DNA of 17,364 nt, taken from Bdellovibrionota bacterium FG-1. GTDB taxonomy: Bacteria > Bdellovibrionota > UBA1018. Position 1 is the stretch's first letter, and each line of letters opens with the position of its first letter. The position numbers and the translations under genes were made by a program. Below, piece by piece: positions 6,552 to 14,764 of this stretch. Location of the stretch: positions 1-17,364 of the forward strand of contig JBBCAW010000120.1 in the NCBI GenBank assembly GCA_051382295.1. The letters run 5' to 3'. Under the pieces are notes generated by a model. That model was not told where the DNA came from, did not search any database, and saw only the letters and a program-made list of their open reading frames with translations.

Positions 6552-8011
6552 TCAAAACCCGGGTCCCACCGAGCCTTCAGGGCTATTTTCGCAAACAAGC
6601 CGTCCAATGGGCGGTGATTGGTTTCGCCCTGACGGTGGTGCTTGCCCTCCCCTGCTTTCTCTACACTGCAAAGGTCGCATCCGAGCGACAACTCATGACC
6701 GTGGCCCGTTCGGCCGCGCGGGCCTTTCGTCCGATGTTTATTGAGGGCAGTGATGTTCGAAGCGCTGAGCTTCAAATGCGACGAGCGCTCGACCTTCAGA
6801 ACGGAGAAAGCGCCGTTGTTCGCGACCCCTCCCTTCAGGCGATTTACCCACTCACTGAAGCCGACAAAACCATTCATTGCGGAGAGCCCGGTCGAAATTG
6901 TTGGTCCAAAGGATTTCAATCAGTGAGCGTGCTTTACCCCATCTACTTTGACGAGGACACCAAGGCCCCGCTGTGGGGATACCTCGAAGTGACCTTGAAG
7001 CCAGTTTTGGACGGGACCATTCTTTCGATCCTGGCAGTCGTGGTGCTGATCGGTTTTGTGGTTCAGGCCTATGGTTTGCTGTCGGCCTTGCGACGAGCCG
7101 GCCAAATGGTTACGGACCGACTTGGCCTTTGGGCTGACCAGCTCATTCATCGCCCCACTCATGGCGACGCTACGGCTGATGCGGCCCCTTTTGATGAGTT
7201 TCTCCCGATGCAAACCGCAGTCAATTCACTTCATGAGGAAATTGAAAAGCTCCAGAGGAGCGCAGCGCAGGAAGCTAAGGACACCGCTCAAACCTCGATT
7301 CTTCGGGAGATTGGGCATGATTTGAAAACACCCCTTTCGCAACTCCGAAAATTCCTCATGCTTCATTTTGATCGGCTTCGGCAAAAAGGACAGCTCGATG
7401 AGAGCGATGCCGCTCGGATCAATCGCGTTTTGAATCGCGCAGGTGATTTGGTTCAAAAACTGAAGCTGATTTACCCCAATCAAAGTTCGTCGATTCAGGC
7501 CGCTCCTTGCAAGATTCAGGATGAGGCTGCCTTGATTCTCTCTGACCTCCAGCACGAAGATGAAGTCGTCCGCAAGGGCATGACACTCAAGTCATCCTTG
7601 GCCACTAGCGTTTCGGCTGCCTTAATCTCGAAGGCGGGTTTTTACCAAGTTTTAGAAAACCTGATTCGCAACGCGGTCGAAGCCGCGTCCAATCACGGCG
7701 GAAATGTCACCGTCACGGTAGCCAATGACCAGGGAATCCCCACCCTTTCAGTGCGTGATGACGGACCCGGTATCCCGTTGGCAATTCAGAGCAAGATCTT
7801 TGATTTTGATTTTACCACCAAACTCTCGCAGGGAACCGGGCTCGGCCTCGGTATTGTCAAACGCATTTGCCAAGACGCGGGCGCTGAGATTCGGGTTGTA
7901 AGCACACCCGGTCACGGTGCGGAGTTTATCGTTACGTTTAGGCCCGCACCATCTATTCCTGCTATCCGTCAGTCTGAGGAGGTTCAAAGTTATGAAACCC
8001 AGTCCCTATAA
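6548..8011 (+). CDS. Membrane sensor histidine kinase (two TM helices, periplasmic domain, HisKA, HATPase)
   Basis: H-box IGHDLKTPL, N-box ENLIRNAVEA, G1 DDGPGIP, F-box IFDFDFTTK, G2 GTGLGLGIV. ATGA overlap with the SBP stop. Confidence 0.93.
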   Translation: MIKTRVPPSLQGYFRKQAVQWAVIGFALTVVLALPCFLYTAKVASERQLMTVARSAARAFRPMFIEGSDVRSAELQMRRALDLQNGESAVVRDPSLQAIYPLTEADKTIHCGEPGRNCWSKGFQSVSVLYPIYFDEDTKAPLWGYLEVTLKPVLDGTILSILAVVVLIGFVVQAYGLLSALRRAGQMVTDRLGLWADQLIHRPTHGDATADAAPFDEFLPMQTAVNSLHEEIEKLQRSAAQEAKDTAQTSILREIGHDLKTPLSQLRKFLMLHFDRLRQKGQLDESDAARINRVLNRAGDLVQKLKLIYPNQSSSIQAAPCKIQDEAALILSDLQHEDEVVRKGMTLKSSLATSVSAALISKAGFYQVLENLIRNAVEAASNHGGNVTVTVANDQGIPTLSVRDDGPGIPLAIQSKIFDFDFTTKLSQGTGLGLGIVKRICQDAGAEIRVVSTPGHGAEFIVTFRPAPSIPAIRQSEEVQSYETQSL

Positions 8012-9368
8012 CATTCTGATCGTTGACGACGACCCCACTAATTTGGAAGCCACGCAGGGCCTACTCGAACATTGGGGGTACAAGGTACGCACGGCGGGAA
8101 GCGGAGACGAAGCGATTGCCCTTCTTAAGTCGGCCTCTGAGGAATTTGCCCTCATCTTGCTCGATTACAGAATGCCTGAAAAGAATGGCGCACAGACCGC
8201 ACGCGAAATCCGCGAGTTTAACCAAGAATCGGTGATCGCGATGTACTCCTGCGATGATACGCAAGCAGCGGTGGTTCAAAGTCACCGGGCCGGGGCGCTT
8301 GATTTTATCGATAAAGATGATGTGGGATATTTGCGCGAGGCAGTCGAAAAATCCTGTCTCAAATTTGAAGAAGGACGAACTCTCAAACCCTTTATCGCTG
8401 CAGACAAAGCCGAAAAGCTCATTGCCTCAGCAAATATGATTGGTTGCTCTCAAGCGCTCGCAGAAGTCGCCAGGCAAGTGCATCTCTTCCGCGACAGCAG
8501 GGCAACGCTCCTCATTACAGGTGAGTCCGGCTCGGGCAAAGGACACGTGGCGCGAGCCCTTCACAATGGTAAGGGCAAATTTATCGCGGTCAATTGCGCT
8601 GCCTACGCAAAGGCAAATAATCTTCTAGAATCCGAACTCTTCGGGCACGAAAAGGGAGCGTTCACTGGCGCAGTGGTTCGCAAGGTCGGACTCCTGGAAG
8701 CCGCGATGGGTGGGACGGTATTTCTCGATGAGATCCACCACATGAGTTTGGATTCGCAAGCCCAGCTCCTCCGTGCGGTGGATGAAAAGAAAATCCGGCG
8801 ACTTGGAGGTAATGGAGAAGAATATGCCATCGACTTTCGGCTGATCGTCGCGACGAAACCGGACATTCAGGACCGGATCGCGAAGGGCACCTTCTTGGAG
8901 GATCTCTATTTTCGGCTTCGCTTCCTCCGCATCCAAGTTCCCTCCCTGAGCGATCGACCTGATGACATCCCCCCACTACTCGCCCATTTCTGCCAAAAAT
9001 TCTCACAACAAACAGGCAAGCGAAAGACGCTCACCATGCGAGCTGTGAAGATCCTACAAGGCCACGACTGGCCGGGGAACGTTCGCGATCTGGAAGGCTA
9101 TGTGGAGAACCTATTGACGATTTGCCCAGCGGACATGATCGACTCAAAGCATTTGGACCTTCAGTTTTTTGAAGCAAATGCCGGCAAAGCATCACGAATG
9201 ACCTACCCTGAATTCAAGGCAAAGCAGGAACAGGAGCGCCGAGAGTTTTTTCTATCCGCCCTCAAACGAAATAAGTCGGCAGCTCAGGCTGCCCAACGGA
9301 TCGGGATGCCGGCCACCACGTTGAGGAGCATTTTGGATAAAATTGGAACCGAGTTTTCGAACCCATGA
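7992..9368 (+). CDS. NtrC-family sigma54-dependent response regulator (REC-AAA+-HTH)
   Basis: ILIVDDD and LLDYRMP (receiver), GESGSGKG Walker A, ESELFGHEKGAFTGA, FLDEI Walker B, WPGNVRDL, C-terminal HTH (AAQRIGMPATTL). GAGGAGG RBS at 7976-7982 supports ATG 7992. Confidence 0.95.
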   Translation: MKPSPYNILIVDDDPTNLEATQGLLEHWGYKVRTAGSGDEAIALLKSASEEFALILLDYRMPEKNGAQTAREIREFNQESVIAMYSCDDTQAAVVQSHRAGALDFIDKDDVGYLREAVEKSCLKFEEGRTLKPFIAADKAEKLIASANMIGCSQALAEVARQVHLFRDSRATLLITGESGSGKGHVARALHNGKGKFIAVNCAAYAKANNLLESELFGHEKGAFTGAVVRKVGLLEAAMGGTVFLDEIHHMSLDSQAQLLRAVDEKKIRRLGGNGEEYAIDFRLIVATKPDIQDRIAKGTFLEDLYFRLRFLRIQVPSLSDRPDDIPPLLAHFCQKFSQQTGKRKTLTMRAVKILQGHDWPGNVRDLEGYVENLLTICPADMIDSKHLDLQFFEANAGKASRMTYPEFKAKQEQERREFFLSALKRNKSAAQAAQRIGMPATTLRSILDKIGTEFSNP

Positions 9369-10114
9369 GTGAGTTCAAAGATCTGTTTTCTAAAAAATCC
9401 GGAGCCTACGCAAAATTTCGGCCGAAGTATCCGGACCTTTTATTTCGCTATCTGGCCTCGCTGGTCGATGAGCACGAACTCGCGTGGGATGTGGGCACCG
9501 GAAATGGCCAGGCCGCTGTGAAGATTGCCGATCATTTTAAGCGTGTGGTGGCGACGGATCCCTCCGCCAAACAAATTTCGAGCGCTGCCCGTCGTCCAAA
9601 TGTGGAATATCGCGTGGGCACCGCCGAGAAGCCCGTATTCAAGGATCGAAGTCTTGATTTGATTACGGTGGCGCAGGCGTTTCACTGGTTTCGGCAGGAC
9701 GAGTTTTTTGCCGAGGCCAAGCGCATGCTGAAGCCCGGCGGGGTGTTGGCGCTTTGGTGCTACGAACTCATCAAGATCAGTCCCGAGATCGATGCAGTGA
9801 TCCACAAGCTTTACAAAGACATCCTGGGTCCTTATTGGGAGAAAGAGCGTGCGCTTGTTGAGGAGGGCTACCGAAACGTGGTTTTTCCGTTCAAAGAAAT
9901 CACGGCGCCTCAGTTCGAAATTACAGCCGAGTGGTCCTTTGCTCACTTGATTGGATACCTCGGCACTTGGTCGGCGCTTCAAGCCTATGTCCAAGCACAA
10001 AAATCCAACCCATTAGAAGCGATGTATGGCGAGTTGAAGACGGCGTGGGGAGATGCGCCGAAACGATCGGTGCGGTGGGAGATTGGGATGAGGGTTGGGC
10101 GGGGGAATTTGTAG
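9365..10114 (+). CDS. Class I SAM-dependent methyltransferase (Methyltransf_11-like)
   Basis: YAKFRPKYP, AWDVGTGNGQAA, DLITVAQAFHWF, LKPGGVLA. ATGA overlap with the regulator stop. Confidence 0.92.
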   Translation: MSEFKDLFSKKSGAYAKFRPKYPDLLFRYLASLVDEHELAWDVGTGNGQAAVKIADHFKRVVATDPSAKQISSAARRPNVEYRVGTAEKPVFKDRSLDLITVAQAFHWFRQDEFFAEAKRMLKPGGVLALWCYELIKISPEIDAVIHKLYKDILGPYWEKERALVEEGYRNVVFPFKEITAPQFEITAEWSFAHLIGYLGTWSALQAYVQAQKSNPLEAMYGELKTAWGDAPKRSVRWEIGMRVGRGNL

Positions 10115-10230
10115 GCGATGCCGCTGATGGTAGCGGTCGATGTCCTGCCGCCACCCTAGCCGACGGTTAGCCGGTCGGATGCTCCAAGTTACGCACACAG
10201 GGAGTCGCAAAATAATACGCTCGTGCATCA

Positions 10231-10935
10231 TCATTTCCAAAGATTAAATAGCATCTTGTCCTCACTAAATAAGTCTATCTCTAGATCTCCCTCAAATTCA
10301 ATAAGCCCCCACTCCTTGCCCAAAGCCTCGTTAACAAGTTTTGTATTGGGCCGCTTTGACCTCGGCATCACAACGTAACCCTTGACTTTGTCACGGCTGA
10401 CAGTCTTTCCGTACATCGTATTTATTGCATTAATTTCAATACCAATGAGATCGCGATAACTTTTCAACTCACCGCAGGCCGTACTGAGAGAATTTCTATT
10501 CGGTTTTAGTTCGAGGACAATATATTCACAACTGCTCTGGTCATAGGCAAGCAGGTCAAAACGTCGATGTGCCCCTACTCCTGCGAAACGACGTTCCGCA
10601 TCCAGAAGTTCCCACTTAAACTCAAGAAACTGACCTCGTGGCGCGGGAAACGTCATCATCATTTTGTTCAGCATCGCCATTCGAACAAGGTAGGCTTGCA
10701 GTCGATACTCTTTGATGTCATTGTTTTTTTTATCTGGAGCCACTTTGTCTTCCTTTATTTCGCAAAAGACATATGGATTCTTAAGATCCAAACTGCGAGG
10801 AGTAATATCCCCAGCCCCGACCGCACAATGATATACGTTCACTTTTCCGGCAGCACATTGCTCGCTATTGAGTCGCCGAGCTTCTTCATACGCATTCTTA
10901 AGTTTTTCAGTGTAGGTAATAGTCATCTTTGCCAT
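10231..10935 (-). CDS. Hypothetical protein with a PD-(D/E)XK (NucS-like) nuclease motif
   Basis: KWE...RRFDLLAYD...IVLELKP...GELKSY. AT-rich. Start at 10935 or 10926; GAGGAG spacing favours 10926. Confidence 0.65.
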   Translation of the reverse strand: MAKMTITYTEKLKNAYEEARRLNSEQCAAGKVNVYHCAVGAGDITPRSLDLKNPYVFCEIKEDKVAPDKKNNDIKEYRLQAYLVRMAMLNKMMMTFPAPRGQFLEFKWELLDAERRFAGVGAHRRFDLLAYDQSSCEYIVLELKPNRNSLSTACGELKSYRDLIGIEINAINTMYGKTVSRDKVKGYVVMPRSKRPNTKLVNEALGKEWGLIEFEGDLEIDLFSEDKMLFNLWK

Positions 10936-10974
10936 CTCCTCGGCTATTTTTTTAATAGATAGATTGCGTGGACC

Positions 10975-12237
10975 TCAAAGTGAAAATGTTTTGCCATCCC
11001 GCATACACACGACATTGGTGCCCGTGAACTCCATTTTATATTGGTCCGGAAATTCCGTATGAATTGGAATGAGAACCTTCGGAGCCAGTGCCCGGACATA
11101 CGCTACGAGATCCGCTACGACCGCATGACCGCTCGTATGCGCGTAGACAAACTTCACGCCCGGAACGGCCCCCTTTTGGAACTCGGCCATACGTGCACTT
11201 CCGTATTGCTCAGGAGCACCGGCTTTGAGGTAACCAAGCCATTCTGAATAGAGCACGGTCACTGGTGCCTGAGAAATGAAGGTTTCGATCTTTTTCGCTG
11301 ACGCAATCTTCCCATGCAGAAGATAACGCGATGGGTTTACTCGGATCTCCTTCTCGGTAACGACATGCTTAAAAACACTGTCGATGAAATCCAAAAATAC
11401 TGGACCATGCGTCTTCATAATGCCGTACTGTCTGCCGCTCGACCTTCCATTTCTCAGCACTGCAATATGATTCCAGTCAAATGCTCGAATCCCAGGTGAC
11501 ACGCGACTCACTCGATCCAACACCCACGCGGTGTAAAAATCGATGACAAAAACCTTGTCGCTAGCAACACATGCGTTATGAGCTGCAACCAAGCGATCGA
11601 TATTCTGCGAGGAGCAAATAAGAAAACCCGCGTTGTGTTGGTCTGCAATCGCCGAACAGATCTTGGCTTCCACCGAACCTTCGTCGGGGAACTCGCTATT
11701 CCCACGATTCAACATGGTCCCTTCCATAAAAAGCACATCTATATTGCCAGGTGGCTGACCGACAAACCTTTCAAACAACACTCTCTTTTTGCCATGCCCC
11801 CGAAAATCTCCACTATAAAACAGTCGTTTACCTTCAGCTTCAATTAGAAATCCGTAGGCATCCACTGCTGAGTGGTCCATCAAAAACGGGGTGACGCGGA
11901 ATGGCCCAGCTGGGAACGGCACACCCTTCTCGAAAAATTGAAATGAATTACTATGAAGAGGTCTATCCAAAAATATCCGCGTTGCATCGATCAAGTCTTT
12001 GGCCAATGCGCCAATGTAAACCGGAATGTGCTCCGGAACCGAATCTAGCAAGCCAAAGTGATCCGAGTGTGGATGACTAATAAGTACTGCATCCGCACCA
12101 AGGGCCGCGATATCCACAAATTTTGAGGATGGGGACAAAGGTATTCCGACATCTATGAGGATTCGTTTACCACCACTCTCCAGCTCAATGCAGGTACCTC
12201 CTATTTCGTGGGTTCCGCGATGGACAATGATCTTCAT
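10975..12237 (-). CDS. Metallo-beta-lactamase/beta-CASP (RNase J-like) hydrolase
   Basis: HRGTHEIGGTCIE, SHPHSDH (HxHxDH), DHS, YSGDFRGHG, MEGT, HTSGHA, PIHTE. GGAG RBS. Confidence 0.9.
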   Translation of the reverse strand: MKIIVHRGTHEIGGTCIELESGGKRILIDVGIPLSPSSKFVDIAALGADAVLISHPHSDHFGLLDSVPEHIPVYIGALAKDLIDATRIFLDRPLHSNSFQFFEKGVPFPAGPFRVTPFLMDHSAVDAYGFLIEAEGKRLFYSGDFRGHGKKRVLFERFVGQPPGNIDVLFMEGTMLNRGNSEFPDEGSVEAKICSAIADQHNAGFLICSSQNIDRLVAAHNACVASDKVFVIDFYTAWVLDRVSRVSPGIRAFDWNHIAVLRNGRSSGRQYGIMKTHGPVFLDFIDSVFKHVVTEKEIRVNPSRYLLHGKIASAKKIETFISQAPVTVLYSEWLGYLKAGAPEQYGSARMAEFQKGAVPGVKFVYAHTSGHAVVADLVAYVRALAPKVLIPIHTEFPDQYKMEFTGTNVVCMRDGKTFSL

Positions 12238-12263
12238 TTAAAAATCTCCATGAACACGAATGT

Positions 12264-12575
12264 TCAATTTCCTCGAACAGCATTAACCGCCTGGTAAACG
12301 ATTCCAAAAGTGAACTGCTCAGGGGATCCCGCTTCGGCGATAGCATATGTGCTGACATGCGGGATCGCCTTCACGATAGGTATAAAACTTTCAGTCATCT
12401 CATAGATGATTTGATCGATGGCACAATCACGGCCGTCCTCCTTAGCACTTTGAATAAATGCCGGCGCCCCCATTGTCGCCTCCGCTACGCCCTTAGCGGT
12501 ATCCGTCAAAATCGCCTCGATCTGGGCCAAAGACTCGATTTTGGAAAGCCGGCCAACTACCTCGCTAAATGTCAC
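12264..12575 (-). CDS. Small hypothetical protein, first gene of the MBL operon
   Basis: GGGAGG RBS before GTG; 103 aa; ends 26 bp before the MBL start on the same strand. Confidence 0.7.
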   Translation of the reverse strand: MTFSEVVGRLSKIESLAQIEAILTDTAKGVAEATMGAPAFIQSAKEDGRDCAIDQIIYEMTESFIPIVKAIPHVSTYAIAEAGSPEQFTFGIVYQAVNAVRGN

Positions 12576-12812
12576 TGAAAACCTCCCATCCCTCTACGAC
12601 TGTAATGGCCTATCGTTAATCACCAGTCTAATGCACTTTAGCGAACAGGGGGTAAATCTAAGCCACTGAAACTGTAGGGGTAATAAATATATTTTCAGAG
12701 GAATGCGCGAAAACACAACACGGCACTCAAGCTACCTCCTGGATCACTGAAAGCAACGAAATGGTTGGCAAAGGTCGAAATCGTCATTGTCGTTAGCTAT
12801 TCCGAAATCTGC

Positions 12813-13034
12813 TTATAAAACCATCCCCTGTTTCGCTACAGATCGAGTGCGAAAATTTTGAATAGGGATGATTCGCACGCCAAAAAGCAACTCGGGCTTC
12901 TTCAGTTCGAGCGCGAACCAGCGGGTGATTGCCTCCCCGAAAAATGCGTGGGGAACAATGACGCTCGCCCGCGAGAGGCGGGACCGCTTGGCTAGAATGG
13001 AGGACAACGCATCGAAATGGGTCTTCGCGACCAT
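12813..13034 (-). CDS. Possible 73-aa basic hypothetical protein
   Basis: AAGGAAGG purine tract upstream of ATG 13034 (MVAKTHFDALSS...). No recognised domain. Confidence 0.3.
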   Translation of the reverse strand: MVAKTHFDALSSILAKRSRLSRASVIVPHAFFGEAITRWFALELKKPELLFGVRIIPIQNFRTRSVAKQGMVL

Positions 13035-13311
13035 TGCGGTTTTACCTTCCTTGGTGCCGCCCCGGCATCGAGCTGGGTGGTAATCGTTTCGCGCGCAACC
13101 TTGAGGCATGACGTAGATTATCCTCTGCGCCGCTGACATCGGGTGTCCATGAAACGAGTAGGAATTATTTTGTCATTTCAGGCGGTTGTTGACAAGGCGG
13201 AAGCAGATGACGGCGGTGACTATTCGCCGGAAAGGAATCTGTAATAAAACAAGGCCTATGACCTGTGATGTCACAAGATCGAACTATAATGGCTGAGCTG
13301 GAGGTATTCTT

Positions 13312-13596
13312 ATGTCTTTCGAGGCTCAGCTGCTGAAGTGCTCGCCACAAGTTCTAACGGCCGTGATTGAAAAGACAGGCGTCACAACTTTGGCGATGGC
13401 GTTGTTCAGCGCGGAAGAAGACCTGCTAATCGGATCACATGGACTAATTTTCAAGTTGCCTGAACGATTAATCGTAGAGTTCATAAATGCGCGCCGGTTT
13501 CTCGAACCAATCATCGAGCGTGAAAACCTTCATGCACAGGAAATTCTTTTGAACCTGATTGCTGAGGAGTCCTTTACTGTCAATGAGGGAGGGTAA
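13312..13596 (+). CDS. Stand-alone FliG C-terminal-domain-like protein
   Basis: GGAGG RBS. TTLAMALFSAEEDL...KLPERL...RFLEPI...HAQEILLNLI parallels the FliG-C pattern LalALkga..el...mskRa...lGPv...AQ.eIv. Confidence 0.65.
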   Translation: MSFEAQLLKCSPQVLTAVIEKTGVTTLAMALFSAEEDLLIGSHGLIFKLPERLIVEFINARRFLEPIIERENLHAQEILLNLIAEESFTVNEGG

Positions 13597-13601
13597 CCTA
13601 C

Positions 13602-13620
13602 CTGACAGGTGCCCTGTCAG
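13602..13620. repeat. Perfect inverted repeat in the fliG-C-like/fliM-like spacer
   Basis: CTGACAGG-TGC-CCTGTCAG. Confidence 0.6.
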
Positions 13621-13645
13621 CGACAGACCAGATGAGGACAATTGC

Positions 13646-14575
13646 ATGAACACGACAACTAGAAGGCCGGACAGAATTCCACTTTATGACAACATCATGG
13701 AGCGCTACACTCGGCCGCTGAGAGAAGCCCTTGTCACCTATCTCGGCCAGACCTGCATGGTTTCCATCATAAGTATCGACTCCTTGACGCTATCTGAATT
13801 CCGAAACACACTACCTGTTCCGAGCCTCTACTCCATTTTCGAATCAGAAGCGCTCGACGAGTCAATGGCATGCGTCTATGAGTCCAAGCTCGCATACGCA
13901 CTTATAAATGCTCAGTTGGGGGGCAGCCATTCCCCGGTCTTCGACTGCATCGATGGGAAGGAGTTTACGGCAATCGAGTCAGCACTCCTACAGAGACTTC
14001 ACGCGATATCAGCAAAGTGCCTTGATCATGCATTTTTAAAGCTTGTTGACCTTGGGATACATTATAGGGACAGCGACGTATTTCCCGATGCAATGAAGAT
14101 CTGCGCTGGAGACGAAGCGGTTCAGGTAACAACCATTGAAGTAAAGCTAATTGGCCTCTCCGGGACTATAGCTCTAGTGGCTCCACCTTCTTTTCTGAAG
14201 CCCATTGAATCCCTCCTCAAAGAAGACCTTGGATCGACCAAGGCCAGAGCGTCATGGCATTTGCGCGACCGGAAGTTACCTGACTTAGCAGCCCTTTTAT
14301 CGTCGATATCCGACGACCACCTTTTTAATATTGTGGTTTGTGAACATCCGCAATGCCAATCCTTCCTAATTGGAAATCTCCCCATAGAGCGAGCTGAGGC
14401 CATGATCCAACGACTACCCGAACGGTTCCGCACGATTGTCGCTGACCAATCCAAGAGTTCCGGGCTGATTCGGAGATCGATAGGGGCATTGGTGACAAGA
14501 ACACTTGAGGACTATATAAAACGTCACAATCTTGCCGAGCCCGACTATCGTGCTGAATTGAAGAAAACAAAATGA
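13646..14575 (+). CDS. FliM middle (CheC-like) domain fused to a FliG middle-domain-like region
   Basis: IMERYTR...LTLSEFRNTLPVPS...LAYALINAQLGG...KEFTAIE...GTIALVAP is FliM-M. The C-terminal part has EHPQ...LIGNLPIERAEAMIQRLPE, the FliG-M signature. GAGGA RBS at 13634-13638. Confidence 0.8.
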   Translation: MNTTTRRPDRIPLYDNIMERYTRPLREALVTYLGQTCMVSIISIDSLTLSEFRNTLPVPSLYSIFESEALDESMACVYESKLAYALINAQLGGSHSPVFDCIDGKEFTAIESALLQRLHAISAKCLDHAFLKLVDLGIHYRDSDVFPDAMKICAGDEAVQVTTIEVKLIGLSGTIALVAPPSFLKPIESLLKEDLGSTKARASWHLRDRKLPDLAALLSSISDDHLFNIVVCEHPQCQSFLIGNLPIERAEAMIQRLPERFRTIVADQSKSSGLIRRSIGALVTRTLEDYIKRHNLAEPDYRAELKKTK

Positions 14576-14629
14576 TTGTAAAGTGGAGGACGATGTCGAC
14601 TTTTAAGCAGCGAAAGACTCAGACACGCT

Positions 14630-14669
14630 AAAACGGGGTTCGTGCGAAGGCACCAACTCCGTTTTTTTT
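14630..14669 (+). terminator. Intrinsic terminator, possibly bidirectional
   Basis: AAAACGGGGTT-C-GTGC-GAAG-GCAC-C-AACTCCGTTTT with a T8 run, between the convergent fliM-like and cobB genes. Confidence 0.75.
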
Positions 14670-14764
14670 GTTAACATTCGGCATTGAGTGTAGGCAAGGT
14701 ACTGTACTGTCAACAAGGTCGGGCCCTAACACCATTTCAACTCAATAAGTCCCTTTTTTGCTCT

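Noticed and set aside
10115..10230. Short hairpins after the methyltransferase as an attC site or terminator
   Set aside because: Stems are weak, with no U-tract and no convincing complementary RYYYAAC/GTTRRRY ends.
13264..13275. TGTGA-TG-TCACA as a CRP site upstream of the FliG-C-like gene
   Set aside because: The spacer is 2 bp rather than 6. It could bind another factor, but nothing supports that.
14593..14631. 12-aa mini-ORF MSTFKQRKTQTR after GGAGGA, directly before the terminator
   Set aside because: RBS-ATG spacing is too short, and no same-strand gene follows, so attenuation makes no sense.
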